Part shown: positions 8,973-19,312 of the stretch, piece after piece
Layout: each line of letters opens with the position of its first letter
Numbering within the stretch: the first letter of the stretch is position 1
NCBI GenBank assembly: GCA_030041545.1
Contig: JASHNQ010000028.1
Span: forward strand, 6,150-70,149
From: a candidate division FCPU426 bacterium
Lineage (GTDB): Bacteria > Oederibacteriota > Muellerivitia > Muellerivitales > Muellerivitaceae
Length of the DNA: 64,000 bases
Direction: 5' to 3'
The notes under the pieces: generated by a model
The model's database searches: none
Told to the model about the DNA's origin: nothing
Seen by the model: only the letters and a program-made list of their open reading frames with translations
Translations under genes and position numbers: made by a program

Positions 8973-11244
8973 CCGCGCCCTTTCCGGCCCGCATCCGCCA
9001 AACCCCCAAGCCGGCCACGGAAAGGATCCAGAGAAGGCCCGCCACCAGGCACGGCTTGGCCCAGACGGGCTGGTAGTCGAACTCCACCGTATGGCCACCG
9101 GCGGGCACAACGACGGCGCGGAACACGTGGTCGGCGGTGAAAAGCGGGACGCTTTGCCCGTCCAAGTAGGCCCGCCAGCCGGGGAACATGACCTCCGAGA
9201 AAACCACCAAGCTGTTTTTGTCCAACCGCACCTGGAAGGCCTCCCGGTTGGGCTCATCCAGCGTGTGATCGTAGGTGAGTTGGGCCTTTTGGCCGTCCAA
9301 CTGGGACGCGATGTTGGAGGGCAGGGCTTCGGACAGCACGGCCTGGTCCGCGGGGTTGAAACCCGGGGCTCCCAGGGCCGCCAGCCGCTGGGAGTCGTCC
9401 GGGACGACGGTGATTTGGGAGGGCGCGTTCACGTAGGGGTGGGGCTCGTTGATCTCATAAAGGTAGCTGCCCTGGAAGGACATCCGGGTAAATTCCTTGG
9501 CTTCCCCCCGGTCCTGGCCGAAAAGCAGGCCCCGGATGGCCATCAAGCGCAGGAAAGCGCCCATGGGAAGCTTTTCGACCTGGGAGGTGCTTTTCAAGGA
9601 CATAGGGTTGTAGCCGTTGCTCATCCGGACTCCCTCGGCCATGGGGGAATCCACGGGGAACCCTTCCAGGTATTCCCGCCCTTGTCTTTCCTGGGGATAG
9701 CTCAGTTGCGGGTCAAAATAGTACCGGCAGTCCTTGGCGTGTTCCTTCAGGTAGGAAAAGGCAGGGAAACGGCTTTCCCAGTCGTAATTGGAAGCGGAAC
9801 CCCAGCCGTAAGCCGCGCTCCAGCCGTTCAAGAAAAGCGGCACGATGAGGGCGGCTTGGAACGTCCAGCGGCCCAGGGACCGCCAGGACTGAGTGAATCC
9901 CCATAAAGCCAGGCCCGCCGAACCCAGGGCCAGGGCGATTATTTCCGGCCAGGATTCGTCCGGGCGGAGGAAGGCCAGGAGGAACAGGAAGAAGGCGTAA
10001 ATCAGCCCCGCCAGCACCGGTCCCCCGGAGGAAGGCCGTTCCTTTTCCGACAGGGTTCGTTCCAGCGCTTGGTACCCGAAGGCGGCCAGGAGGGTGGTGA
10101 AGGCGTCGTACACCGCGATGTAACGGGCCGGCACGCGGCTTAAGCTGAGGGTGGGAAGGACCTGGCAAAGAATCCGGTGGAGCGGGAAATATTTCCCCAG
10201 GGCCGTCAGCAGCGAAAGAACGGCGAAGGCGAGGAAGAAATAAAGGAGCTTTCTATCCTTGCGGCGGAAGGCCTGGAAGGCCAGCAGGGGCACCCAAACG
10301 CCCAGGAAACCATAAACCCCCATGTAGGCGATGTCCACGGTGACGGGCGCCAGGCATTGCTCGATGGTGCGGCCCGGCGGAACGCCCAGGGTGGGGAAAA
10401 AGAGCTGGTACAGGGATTGGGGTTGGAGGGAGAACTGGGAATTAAAGTTGTCATAACCCAGGCTGGACTCGGTGCGGTCGGAGAGGTTGGCGAATTGATA
10501 GGTGGGCGCCAGCTGGAGGAACAGGGGGAAGGCCCCCCACAACCCAAAGAGCAGGATGCCGGCCGCTTTTTTCCAGGTCCAGCGCCGGGGTTCCCCCTCC
10601 GACGGGCCGCCGCCGATGAAAAGCCGCCCCAAGAAATAAAGGGGGCCGGTGTAATAAAAACAGCTGGTCAGCTGGAAGTTGCCGCACAGGAAGATGGCGG
10701 CGGCGGCCAGCCCCACGGGGAAGGCCCGGGAGGGGGAAGGCCTCTGGGCCAGCCGCTCCAGGGCCCACATGAGCGCGGGAAACCAGGCGAAGGCCCCCAG
10801 GATCGTCAAGTGGATCAGCTCCCACCAGAAAAAGCCCGAGAGGGCGTACACCAGCGCGAAAAGCCGGCAGGCCGCCTCGGGCAGGCGCAGGGACTTGAGC
10901 CAGCCGTGCATGCCCAAGGCGGCCACCACCATGTGCAGGAAAAAGTAAACACTCAGTCCGTAGGGTAAGGAAAAGGGCAGGGTGAGCCAGTTCAGGGGGT
11001 ATAACAGTTCGTTCTGCAGGTCGGCGAAAAAGGGCAGGCCCCCGAAGTAATAGGGGTTCCAAAGGGGGAAATGGCCTGCGGCCAGCTGGTTCTTGAGGAA
11101 GGCCCGCCAGGGGCCGAACTGGGCCAACAAATCGCCCATGGAATAGGCCTGGCCCAGCGCCAGGCAATGGAAAAAGGCGATGAAGGCCGCGGCCGTGAAG
11201 AGCCACCAATGGGCCTTGGATTTCAGGAAGCCGGTCCAGTTCAA
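8953..11244 (-). CDS. YfhO-like polytopic membrane protein, paralog of the adjacent gene
   Basis: FPLWNPYYFGGLPFFADLQN, FPGWRAYLDG...GGHTVEFDY. Confidence 0.87.
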   Translation of the reverse strand: MNWTGFLKSKAHWWLFTAAAFIAFFHCLALGQAYSMGDLLAQFGPWRAFLKNQLAAGHFPLWNPYYFGGLPFFADLQNELLYPLNWLTLPFSLPYGLSVYFFLHMVVAALGMHGWLKSLRLPEAACRLFALVYALSGFFWWELIHLTILGAFAWFPALMWALERLAQRPSPSRAFPVGLAAAAIFLCGNFQLTSCFYYTGPLYFLGRLFIGGGPSEGEPRRWTWKKAAGILLFGLWGAFPLFLQLAPTYQFANLSDRTESSLGYDNFNSQFSLQPQSLYQLFFPTLGVPPGRTIEQCLAPVTVDIAYMGVYGFLGVWVPLLAFQAFRRKDRKLLYFFLAFAVLSLLTALGKYFPLHRILCQVLPTLSLSRVPARYIAVYDAFTTLLAAFGYQALERTLSEKERPSSGGPVLAGLIYAFFLFLLAFLRPDESWPEIIALALGSAGLALWGFTQSWRSLGRWTFQAALIVPLFLNGWSAAYGWGSASNYDWESRFPAFSYLKEHAKDCRYYFDPQLSYPQERQGREYLEGFPVDSPMAEGVRMSNGYNPMSLKSTSQVEKLPMGAFLRLMAIRGLLFGQDRGEAKEFTRMSFQGSYLYEINEPHPYVNAPSQITVVPDDSQRLAALGAPGFNPADQAVLSEALPSNIASQLDGQKAQLTYDHTLDEPNREAFQVRLDKNSLVVFSEVMFPGWRAYLDGQSVPLFTADHVFRAVVVPAGGHTVEFDYQPVWAKPCLVAGLLWILSVAGLGVWRMRAGKGAVEAAQA

Positions 11245-12266
11245 GGACGCCCCTTTCCCTTGATTTCAGTCAAACGGGCCTTGCCGCCCTTGAAAAGGGC
11301 CTTGAAGACCCGGATGGGGCCGTCCTGGCGCTTCGGGATGGGGGTCAAGAGGCCAGCCAAGAGGCCGATACCGTAAAAGCAATGCCGCAGGAAGATAAGG
11401 AAGGGCACCTTCAAAATGTCCAGCGGGTCGCGGTCCCAGGAAAGCACGGATACGGCCGTGCCGAAGGATAAAAGAAGGAAAAGATAAAGGGGGAAGTACC
11501 AATAGGCGGCCAGGGCCGCAAGCCCGGGGGGATCCTTGGGCAGGGCCAGGGGGGCCGGAAGGGACAGCACGTAAAACAGGAAAAAAGCGGGAATCAGGTG
11601 GACCATGTCCGACAAGCAGGGGTAAACCTTCATTTGCTGGGCGCGGCCCCGGCCGTAGCGGAAGGCCTGGTGGCAGAAAGCCCCCAGGTTTTTGCGGCGG
11701 TGCCGGAACACCACCGCGCCGGGGTCGTAGACCAGGCGCTTTTGGGAGTGCATCAGGCGGTTCAGGAACTCATTTTCTTCGTTGGGGTAGAGATCCTCGC
11801 GGAACCCGCCCTCGGAGAGGAAAGCCTCGCGGCGCACCATCATGTTGCAGAGGATCAGGTCCTTCTCCGTGGCCTCCTTGACCCCCCCGATGGCCGCGTA
11901 ACGGTTGCGCACGCTGAAACTGCCCATCCAGGAGGCCAGCACCGCGTTCACGGATTTCTCGAAGGGCGAGGCGTCCGGGGGCACCAGGTTGGGGCCGCCG
12001 GCCACGGCCGTGCGCGGGTCCCCGAAATGGGGGGCCAGGTGGCTGACGGTGCCGGGGCACACCACGCTGTCGTCGTCCAAAAAATAAACCAGCTCGGTTT
12101 GGCATTGCTTGACGCCCCGGTTGCGCTGGCGCGAGGGGTTGCGCCCGACGCAGACGAAGACTTCCCTGGGGCGATCGGGGGCCGGCAGCCGGGAAAGCCC
12201 CTCGAGGGAAGCCAGGGGCTTGTCGGGGCGGTCCACCGCGATGACGGCGCTGTAATCAAGACGCAT
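11241..12266 (-). CDS. Glycosyltransferase family 2 with C-terminal TM helices
   Basis: RNRG...VYFLDDDS DxD motif, GGFREDL..NEE, HRR..L. Confidence 0.87.
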   Translation of the reverse strand: MRLDYSAVIAVDRPDKPLASLEGLSRLPAPDRPREVFVCVGRNPSRQRNRGVKQCQTELVYFLDDDSVVCPGTVSHLAPHFGDPRTAVAGGPNLVPPDASPFEKSVNAVLASWMGSFSVRNRYAAIGGVKEATEKDLILCNMMVRREAFLSEGGFREDLYPNEENEFLNRLMHSQKRLVYDPGAVVFRHRRKNLGAFCHQAFRYGRGRAQQMKVYPCLSDMVHLIPAFFLFYVLSLPAPLALPKDPPGLAALAAYWYFPLYLFLLLSFGTAVSVLSWDRDPLDILKVPFLIFLRHCFYGIGLLAGLLTPIPKRQDGPIRVFKALFKGGKARLTEIKGKGRP

Positions 12267-13227
12267 GGGGATGGGATTCCTTGGGGAACATGTGGAGGGC
12301 CGCAGGGATGCCCACGACCGCGGTCAAGATCGGCCCCGAAACCACGTTGAGGAGATCGAACGCAAAGAGATCCTCCTGACGCACGACGCTGGTGGTGAAG
12401 AGCACGAACATGGCCATTTCCCGGGGGCCGAAGCCGAGGATGGAAATCGGAAGCAATTCTACCACGATAGCGATGGGCCATAAGAAGGCGAATTTGCCGT
12501 AAGCCAGGGGTATCCCCAAAGCCACCACCAACAGGTAGGACCTCAGGATGGCGGCTTGCCAGGCCAGGACCGAAAGGACAAAAGGCCCGAAAATCTTAAA
12601 GGAGGGGATGAGCAGGGAATGCAGGGAGGAATTGAACTCGCCGGCATGGTGGGAAATCTTGGACGCCAGGTTCTTGGGCAACAATCCGGCGACGATGGGT
12701 TTCAGGACGAATTTTATCCAGCGGGGGTTGATGAGGGCCAGGATGAGGAGCATTCCACAGAGCATTCCGATGAAGGTGCCCAGGGCCGAGCTTTCCCCCG
12801 AGAAGGTCGAAATATAGTAGACCAAACCCATGATGCCCAGGAAGACGATGGCCGCCAGGTCGTAAATCCTGTCCGCCACGTGCACCGCCAGGGCCACCGG
12901 CATGGAGACCTTGCCGAGGCGGTTCAATAACACGATGCGGCTCACGTCCCCCAATTTGCCGGGGGTGACCGAGGCCAGGGGCTGGCCCGACAGGAAAGTC
13001 AGGATGGATTGCTTGACGGAAAGATGGGACTTGGCCCGGGCGACAAAGGAGCGCAGGCGAAGCGACTTGAAAAGATACTCCGGCACGCCGCCCACGACCG
13101 CCAGCAAGAGCAGCCAAGGATTGAGCTGCTTGAGCCGGTCCCAGGAGGATGGAAGGTTGAGCTTAGAAACGACATAAACGATGAGGGCAATAAAGATGAG
13201 GAAAGCAAAAGGTCTCAAGCGTTTCAT
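12256..13227 (-). CDS. Lysylphosphatidylglycerol-synthase TM / flippase-like protein (UPF0104)
   Basis: TPGKLGDVSR, ADRIYD, LPISILGFGPRE motifs; hydrophobic. Confidence 0.85.
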   Translation of the reverse strand: MKRLRPFAFLIFIALIVYVVSKLNLPSSWDRLKQLNPWLLLLAVVGGVPEYLFKSLRLRSFVARAKSHLSVKQSILTFLSGQPLASVTPGKLGDVSRIVLLNRLGKVSMPVALAVHVADRIYDLAAIVFLGIMGLVYYISTFSGESSALGTFIGMLCGMLLILALINPRWIKFVLKPIVAGLLPKNLASKISHHAGEFNSSLHSLLIPSFKIFGPFVLSVLAWQAAILRSYLLVVALGIPLAYGKFAFLWPIAIVVELLPISILGFGPREMAMFVLFTTSVVRQEDLFAFDLLNVVSGPILTAVVGIPAALHMFPKESHPHAS

Positions 13228-13403
13228 GGGCGGAAGGATCGCCTTTCCGTTCGGTCGATAAAGGGGGCCTAATCTTTTACCAAATATGGACGCGCCTGGG
13301 GAGGGTTTTTTATAGAATACGGTGGTCGCATAGGCTAGGTTTTAATCCGGTAAACGCTGGAAAAGCGATGGTTCCGCATTGTAATTGTTTGTGCGAATGG
13401 AAT

Positions 13404-13634
13404 CACCCTCACCCTACCCTCCCCCCAACGACGCTCATAGGGAAGGACCCCTATGTACCCACAAAACCAAGGCGTCAAGGGAGGGGGAAAGAATTTCCAA
13501 AAACGCGTATATCTCCTGATGCCCTCGCCCCAAATGGTGAGCCTGTCGAACCATTGCGGGAGCCCTTCGAGAGCCTCAGGGCAGGAGGGTAGGCTTGCGG
13601 TGAGCGACCGAAGGGAGTCGAACCAGGTGAGGGG
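13404..13634. repeat. Palindromic element, CCCTCACCC/GGGTGAGGG family, with nested hairpins
   Basis: CACCCTCACCCTACCCTCCCCC...GGGAGGGG left arm; right arm with inserted GGTGAGCCTGTCGAACC and CCCTTCGAGAGCCTCAGGG; right part nearly identical (inverted) to 24361-24453. Confidence 0.85.
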
Positions 13635-13690
13635 TATCGTTCGGAAATGAGTTTTTTAATATCCTGAAAGGGATTTTTAAGGAGTTTAGG

Positions 13691-14668
13691 ATGGTCCGCA
13701 AGAAAGCCTTTGTCACGGGGGGCAGCGGGTTCGTGGGCGCCAACCTGGTGCGCGAACTGGCGGCCCAAAAATGGGACGTCACGGTCTTCCACCGGCCCGG
13801 ATCGGACCTGTGGCGCTTGAAGGGTTTGCCCCTGAAGCTCAAGCAAGGGTCCTTCGAGGACCCAGCCTCAGTGGAAGCGGCCATGCCGAAGGGTGTGGAC
13901 GCGGTTTTCCACATGGCCGCCAAGGTCAGCTTTTGGCGTGGTGACGACCGGCTGATGGAGCGTGACAATGTGGAGGCCACGAAGGCGATGGTGGACGCGG
14001 CCCTGAAGCGCAAGGCCAGGCGGTTTATCCACACTTCCACGGTCTCGGTTTACGGGTTTTCCGACAAGCGGATCAACGAAATCTTTCCCCATGACGGTTT
14101 GAATTCCCATATCGGGTATTTGAGGACCAAGGCCCAGGCTGAAGAAGTGGTGCGTGAGGGCGTGAAACGCGGACTGGACGCGGTGATCCTGAACCCCTCC
14201 AACGTGGTGGGGCCTTTCAAACGGGACAGCCTGGCCCGGTCGATGCTCAGCCTAAAGCCGGGAATGACGCTTAAGGCTCCGCCGGGGGCCACGTCTTTCG
14301 CCCACTCTGTAGAGGTGGCTAAGGCCCATGTCGCGGCGGTGAAGCGGGGGAAGAAAGGCGAGAATTACATCCTGGCCGGCGCGGATGCGGACTGGGTCGA
14401 GGTTTATTCCGCCATTCCCAAGGTCGTCGGCGTGGAAGCCAAGGTCAAGGTCTTTCCGAAGATCCTGCTTCAGGTCGGCGCACAAGCCTTTCAGGCGCTT
14501 TCCCTCGTTACCCGGAAGGCGCCCTTCGTGACGCCGGAGTTGGTGGAGTGGCTTTCGGCCAAGATGACCTACGACTCCCGGAAGGCCGTGAAGGAACTGG
14601 GATACAAGGTGAGGCCGCTGAAGGACATGCTGAAAGACCTATGGGAAAGCCTACCTCAAAAAGAATAG
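13691..14668 (+). CDS. NAD-dependent epimerase/dehydratase (HpnA/dihydroflavonol-reductase-like)
   Basis: TGGSGFVG, HTSTVSVYG, YLRTK catalytic YxxxK; SD AAGGAG. Confidence 0.88.
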   Translation: MVRKKAFVTGGSGFVGANLVRELAAQKWDVTVFHRPGSDLWRLKGLPLKLKQGSFEDPASVEAAMPKGVDAVFHMAAKVSFWRGDDRLMERDNVEATKAMVDAALKRKARRFIHTSTVSVYGFSDKRINEIFPHDGLNSHIGYLRTKAQAEEVVREGVKRGLDAVILNPSNVVGPFKRDSLARSMLSLKPGMTLKAPPGATSFAHSVEVAKAHVAAVKRGKKGENYILAGADADWVEVYSAIPKVVGVEAKVKVFPKILLQVGAQAFQALSLVTRKAPFVTPELVEWLSAKMTYDSRKAVKELGYKVRPLKDMLKDLWESLPQKE

Positions 14669-14860
14669 TTTTGAGTTGTTGAATCCGTCGTTGCGAGGAA
14701 TGCCCACCGAATAGGCGGGTGGTTATGACGAAGCAATCCCAGTTGCAAAATAAAGTGGTTTTGCCCAAGGCAAAACCAACAGCTTTAAACCACCCATGGA
14801 CTGAGATTGCTTCGTCGCAAAATTCGCTCCTCGCAACGACGGATTCAACAACTCAAAACT
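14667..14860. repeat. Palindromic element, GTCRTTGCGAG...GAAGCAATC family, with perfect 33-bp outer inverted repeat
   Basis: 14667-14699 is the exact reverse complement of 14828-14860; inner GACGAAGCAATC / GATTGCTTCGTC. Confidence 0.9.
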
Positions 14861-14864
14861 TCTT

Positions 14865-15704
14865 TCAGCCGTTCCCCCGCATTTTCCGCCAGAAGGGGTT
14901 TCGGTCCCTCAGCCAATCCCACAAAAAGTCCCCGCCGCCCGGGAAAAGCCGCGCCACGGCGTCAATGACGTAAGCGTCCAGGCTGATCAAAATCCGCGGT
15001 TTTCCTTTCTGAATGCCCGCCACGATCACTTGCGCCGCGTGGGAAGGGTCGGATTTCAGCTTGGCGCTCATTTCATCCGTGGTGCGCTTCACTTCCTCCT
15101 TGGAAAGGGGGTATTCCTTGATGGCCGAATGCTGGATGCGGGTCTTCATGCCGCCGGGGAAAACCGCGATGACGTTCAAGGGGCCGCCTTTGACCTCCAT
15201 CCGGAGGGCTTCGGTGAAGCCCCGCACCGCGAACTTACTGGCGGAATAAATGGCCTGGCCCGCGAAACCCTTCAAGCCCCAGGTGCTGCAGATGTTCACC
15301 AGGGCGGATTCGGGGCGTTTCAAGAGTTGCGGCAGGAAGGCCTGGGTCATGTGGATCACGCCCCAGACGTTGACATCCACGATTAATTTCATGTTCTCGT
15401 ACCGGGCGTCCTGCACCCGGCCATAGGAATCGATCCCCGCGTTGTTGAGAAGCAGGCCGGCGGGCCCTAGTTTTTTCTCCACATCCCGGGCCAGGCGGTC
15501 CACGGCCTCCCGGCGGGTAATATCCGCGGTCCAGGTTCCGGTTTTGGCGGCCTTTAAAAGGGACAGGGTTTCCTTGAGGCCGGCCGGGTTCTTGTCCACC
15601 AGGGCCAGCCGGCAGCCCTCGGCCGCCAGGGCTTGGGCCAAGGCCCGGCCCAGGCCGGACCCGGCGCCGGTAATCACGGCCACTTTATCCTTGAGGTTTT
15701 TCAT
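14865..15704 (-). CDS. Short-chain dehydrogenase/reductase
   Basis: ITGAGSGLG, NNAG, YSASK motifs. Confidence 0.92.
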   Translation of the reverse strand: MKNLKDKVAVITGAGSGLGRALAQALAAEGCRLALVDKNPAGLKETLSLLKAAKTGTWTADITRREAVDRLARDVEKKLGPAGLLLNNAGIDSYGRVQDARYENMKLIVDVNVWGVIHMTQAFLPQLLKRPESALVNICSTWGLKGFAGQAIYSASKFAVRGFTEALRMEVKGGPLNVIAVFPGGMKTRIQHSAIKEYPLSKEEVKRTTDEMSAKLKSDPSHAAQVIVAGIQKGKPRILISLDAYVIDAVARLFPGGGDFLWDWLRDRNPFWRKMRGNG

Positions 15705-15881
15705 GGGTGGTTCCTTTCTTGCCCGCTGAGGATAGCAAAAAGGGGGGGGTGTTGTCCCGCCCTGGCTCACGGGAGGATTAAATCATGGGCAGCCCTTTGA
15801 ATTTCAGGGGACTTTTTGGGCAAAATATCCCCGCTCTGTGTGCCCTGTGGTTCAAATGGTCTTTAATGGAAAGGGCCGGCG

Positions 15882-16493
15882 ATGATCAAGATTGAAGTCC
15901 TGGTGGGCAGCGTGCGGCAGAACAGGTTCTGCGACAAGCCCGCGAATTACCTTTGCGGGGAATTGAAAAAAGAAGAGAACGTGGAAGCGGAACTCGTGGA
16001 CTTGAAGGAATGGGACCTCCCCTTCTTCAATGAGCCCATCACCCCCGTCGCCTCAAAAGGGGAATATAAGAACCCCTTGGTGAAAAAATTCGCGGAAAAG
16101 ATATCCGAGGCGGACGGGTTTGTGATCGTCACCCCGGAATATAACCACGGCTACCCCGGGGTGCTCAAGAACGCGCTGGATTGGATCTATTATCCCTGGA
16201 ACCAGAAACCGGTCGGCTTCGTGAGCTATGGCGGAGCGGGAGGGGCGAGGTCGGTCGAGCAATTGCGGCAGGTCGTCATCGCTCTCCATATGCATCCCAT
16301 ACAACCTTCGATCACCATTCCCCTCGAGATTCTCAGGGCCTTCCAACAGGGCAAAGCCGCGGACTTGCCCCTTTCCGAGCTGTTCCGGCCCCTCCGGGAG
16401 GGACGGGACCTGATCCACCCATTTTTCTCGGAGCTGGTCAAATTAACAACGATTTTGAAGAATGCCCAGGGGGAGCCGTCTTCGAAGGGATGA
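15882..16493 (+). CDS. NADPH-dependent FMN reductase
   Basis: GSVRQNR, TPEYNHGYPGVLKNALD, SYGGAGGAR. Confidence 0.92.
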   Translation: MIKIEVLVGSVRQNRFCDKPANYLCGELKKEENVEAELVDLKEWDLPFFNEPITPVASKGEYKNPLVKKFAEKISEADGFVIVTPEYNHGYPGVLKNALDWIYYPWNQKPVGFVSYGGAGGARSVEQLRQVVIALHMHPIQPSITIPLEILRAFQQGKAADLPLSELFRPLREGRDLIHPFFSELVKLTTILKNAQGEPSSKG

Positions 16494-16618
16494 GCCGCCG
16501 TGGTGAAATTCGTGGAGGCTCCACGGATTGCGCCACTCTCCACCCAAAATTCTTGGCTGAGCCAAGAATTATTAAAACCTAAAAATGAAATCGTCATTAA
16601 GATTTGAGGGAGGGAGCC

Positions 16619-17647
16619 ATGAATAACCAAGAAACAACCGGAGCCGTGAAACGGATCAAAAACCTGGGATTTCCCTGGGAAACAGCCGACCCCTTCCTTT
16701 TTTGCGTGTATCACCTCGACGCTTATCCGGCGGGCAACGACCAATTGGGCCCCCAGGCCTCCCTCAAGGGCCGCAACCTGGGAGACGATTTTGAGGGTAT
16801 CGACGGCTGGCGCATGTACCACGGGCATACCGTGCCGGGCTTCCCCCAGCACCCCCACCGGGGCTTCGAGACCGTCACCGTGGTCCGCCGGGGCTTCATC
16901 GACCATTCGGATTCCTTGGGCGCCAGGGCCCGTTTCGGCCCGGGGGATACCCAATGGCTCACGGCGGGCAAGGGCATCAACCACGCGGAAATGTTCCCCC
17001 TGCTGAACACCCAGGACCCTAACCCGGTCGAATTCTTCCAAATTTGGCTCAACCTGCCCAAGGCGGGCAAGATGGTCGCGCCTTACTTTTCCATGCAATG
17101 GGGGGAGAAGATCCCCAAGGTCACCGCCACCGACGAGGCGGGCCGGAAGACCGAAATCACCCTCAGCGCCGGGCAATGGGGGGACGTGAAGGCCCTGCCC
17201 CCGCCGCCCGATTCCTGGGCCGCCCAACCCGAAAGCGACCTGGCCATTTGGACCATTCGGATGGTCCCCAAGGCCCGGTGGGGCCTGCCGAGGGCCAAGA
17301 AGGGAACGAACCGCACCCTTTATTTCTTTAAAGGGGATTTGATCGTGATCGGGGGCGTGACGGTCAAGTCCAAACAGGGTGTGGAGTTGGAGCCGGATGT
17401 GGACGTGTTATTGGAGAACGGCGAGACCGAAGGGGAATTACTGCTGCTGCAAGGCCGCCCTATCGGCGAACCCGTTGTCCAGTATGGGCCTTTTGTGATG
17501 AATACGAGGGCGGAGATCCAGCAGGCTTATGAGGACTACCAACGCACCCAGTTCGGCGGCTGGCCCTGGAAGTCGGATGATCCGGTTCATCCCCGAGGGG
17601 AAGGGCGCTTTGCCAAGCACGCTGACGGCCGTATCGAACGACCCTAA
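16619..17647 (+). CDS. Pirin family protein
   Basis: GFPQHPHRGFETVT, HSDSLG, WLTAGKGINHAE, QYGPFVMNT. Confidence 0.93.
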   Translation: MNNQETTGAVKRIKNLGFPWETADPFLFCVYHLDAYPAGNDQLGPQASLKGRNLGDDFEGIDGWRMYHGHTVPGFPQHPHRGFETVTVVRRGFIDHSDSLGARARFGPGDTQWLTAGKGINHAEMFPLLNTQDPNPVEFFQIWLNLPKAGKMVAPYFSMQWGEKIPKVTATDEAGRKTEITLSAGQWGDVKALPPPPDSWAAQPESDLAIWTIRMVPKARWGLPRAKKGTNRTLYFFKGDLIVIGGVTVKSKQGVELEPDVDVLLENGETEGELLLLQGRPIGEPVVQYGPFVMNTRAEIQQAYEDYQRTQFGGWPWKSDDPVHPRGEGRFAKHADGRIERP

Positions 17648-17686
17648 GGTCAATGTTCGCCTAAAATAGGCTCAAACAAAAATCTC

Positions 17687-17858
17687 TCACCACGAAGTAC
17701 ACATGCCGACCTTCCATAAAGTTGTTAAAGAGGTCGGTATAGTACCGATTTCATTAACTCCTTTAAGGTGAATCGGCACAAAGGACACCAAGTTAAAACA
17801 TGTTGTTTTATCGAGTGTTTTTATGGCTCGCTTCGTGTACTTCGCGCCCTTTGTGGCA
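17687..17858. repeat. 9-nt-period palindromic element with two hairpins nested in its left arm
   Basis: CACCACGAAGTACAC [CCGACCT...AGGTCGG][CCGATT...AATCGG] CACAAAGGACACCAAG ... CTTCGTGTACTTCGCGCCCTTTGTGGC. Confidence 0.7.
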
Positions 17859-17917
17859 AGAGTTTGGGTTTTTGTTAGAGGTTCTAAGTGGTTTTCCCCG
17901 CCGTCTTACCGCCTATC

Positions 17918-18259
17918 CTACCGGTAACGTTCCGGCGGGTATTTCGCCCGATGGTCCGCGTAATGGGCCCAGGGCTTGCCCCGATCCGCCTTCAGGGACA
18001 CGTGACGGCCCAGGTGGTGAAACCGCGGCGGCAAATGGGCGGTCCGGACCCAGTTAGGACCGTTCTGGTAGAAATAAACATGGGCCCTGTAATCGTAATA
18101 GACCCCAAAAGCGGGATAGTACCAGTAGCTATAGGCTGGGGCTGGCGCCGGGGCGCCGCCGCCAATATTGACGGAGATCGACGCTTGGCCGAATCCGCCG
18201 GTAGGCGCCAGCAAGGCGAGGGGAATGAACAAACCGACTAAAAGCAAAAAACGTTTCAT
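17918..18259 (-). CDS. Small secreted Tyr/His/Pro-rich hypothetical protein
   Basis: SD AAGGAGG; signal peptide; YWYYPAFGVYYD...FYQNGPNW...LPP pattern. Confidence 0.7.
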   Translation of the reverse strand: MKRFLLLVGLFIPLALLAPTGGFGQASISVNIGGGAPAPAPAYSYWYYPAFGVYYDYRAHVYFYQNGPNWVRTAHLPPRFHHLGRHVSLKADRGKPWAHYADHRAKYPPERYR

Positions 18260-18713
18260 CGATTCCTCCTTAAAAATGGGGTCGAAGGTGGAAAGGTCGG
18301 AAGGCGATAAAGACCCTCTCTCCGGTCCGAAGTGAACGACAATGGCGGGTTCAGCGGCCTTTGCCGCTTTCCCTGTCTTTATCTTCGGCCCATGTTCCTT
18401 CAAAAAACAACCCTGGCCTGACATTTTGTTTTTCTATAGTTAAAGACGTTTTTATCAGGGTTAATGTGTTGGAAGCATGATGGATTGGAAGATTGGCGAT
18501 TTGAAACCCAGCCTGCCTATTGGGCCTCACTGGTATTTAGTGGTGATTATCGAAATGGCAACCTGTGGCCCGGTATGGGCTCAACCCAAAATTTCATTTT
18601 TTATGTTCTTCGGAATTGATAAGACCTCTAAAATATCTTTTTTAACTTCTGCCTTTATGGTTTGCATAATTCCTCCCTCGGAATCTTTACTATTTGAAAC
18701 CTATTTTATTAAT

Positions 18714-18798
18714 CGGAACTATGCACTTGGCATAACTTGGATGTTAAGCCTTTGCTTTTCCCCCTCTCCCTTGAGGGGAGAGGGCCGGGGTGAGGGTG
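18714..18798. repeat. MITE-type terminal repeat (CGGAACTATGCACTTGGCATAACTT) followed by a CCCTCTCCC...GGGTGAGGG arm
   Basis: 24/25 match to the reverse complement of 24461-24485. Confidence 0.8.
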
Positions 18799-18809
18799 AT
18801 TATCTTTTT

Positions 18810-18968
18810 TCAGGCCTGACCCCGTTCACTGGCGATGCCACCGGCGACCGTGATCCCCGCGTTTGTCCCCGGGAGTTGGTTGGTTAAAAACAACGGCGAG
18901 CAGGCGGTGATTCCGCCCCTGGATGCATCCTTCAGCATTTTCCAAATCACATCTTTTTCCAGCGTCAT
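18810..18968 (-). CDS. 52-aa hypothetical protein (MTLEKDVIWKMLKDASRGG...)
   Basis: Strong SD AAGGAGG 6 nt before ATG; below the ORF-track cutoff; no recognisable motif. Confidence 0.4.
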   Translation of the reverse strand: MTLEKDVIWKMLKDASRGGITACSPLFLTNQLPGTNAGITVAGGIASERGQA

Positions 18969-19312
18969 ACCCTACCTCCTTAAAAGTTTTACCCCTGTTA
19001 CGTTTATTCCCGGTCAAGCTCCGGAACCAAGGGCTTGGCCTGCAAACGACACAATGAAAAAGAGGGCTCGGACCAGCACGCTAAACCGCTGATAGCCCGG
19101 TGGAACGGGGCGTGGGCAAAGAGCGGACCGGCGTTCCGCGGCTTTTCGCACCGGCGGCGGGCGGCCTGAGCCCGAGGAAGGATAGGACTTTTTCCGTCAC
19201 ATCCGGGCTTTCCCAGTAATCCCGTGGCCCAACTGGTTGAAAGGCGCGTCCTGCGCCTGCGTCCGGCCCCCGGTAAACGGTCCAGCGGCCACCCTGGAAC
19301 CTTAGGCCCCAT

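Noticed and set aside
13368-13846. Short ORFs sharing PSPGSTPFGRSPQAYPPAL with 24237-24500
   Set aside because: The similarity is translated non-coding repeat sequence, not a protein family.
19004-19312. 102-aa ORF downstream of the phospholipase gene
   Set aside because: No motif and ambiguous frame; cannot be supported as a gene.
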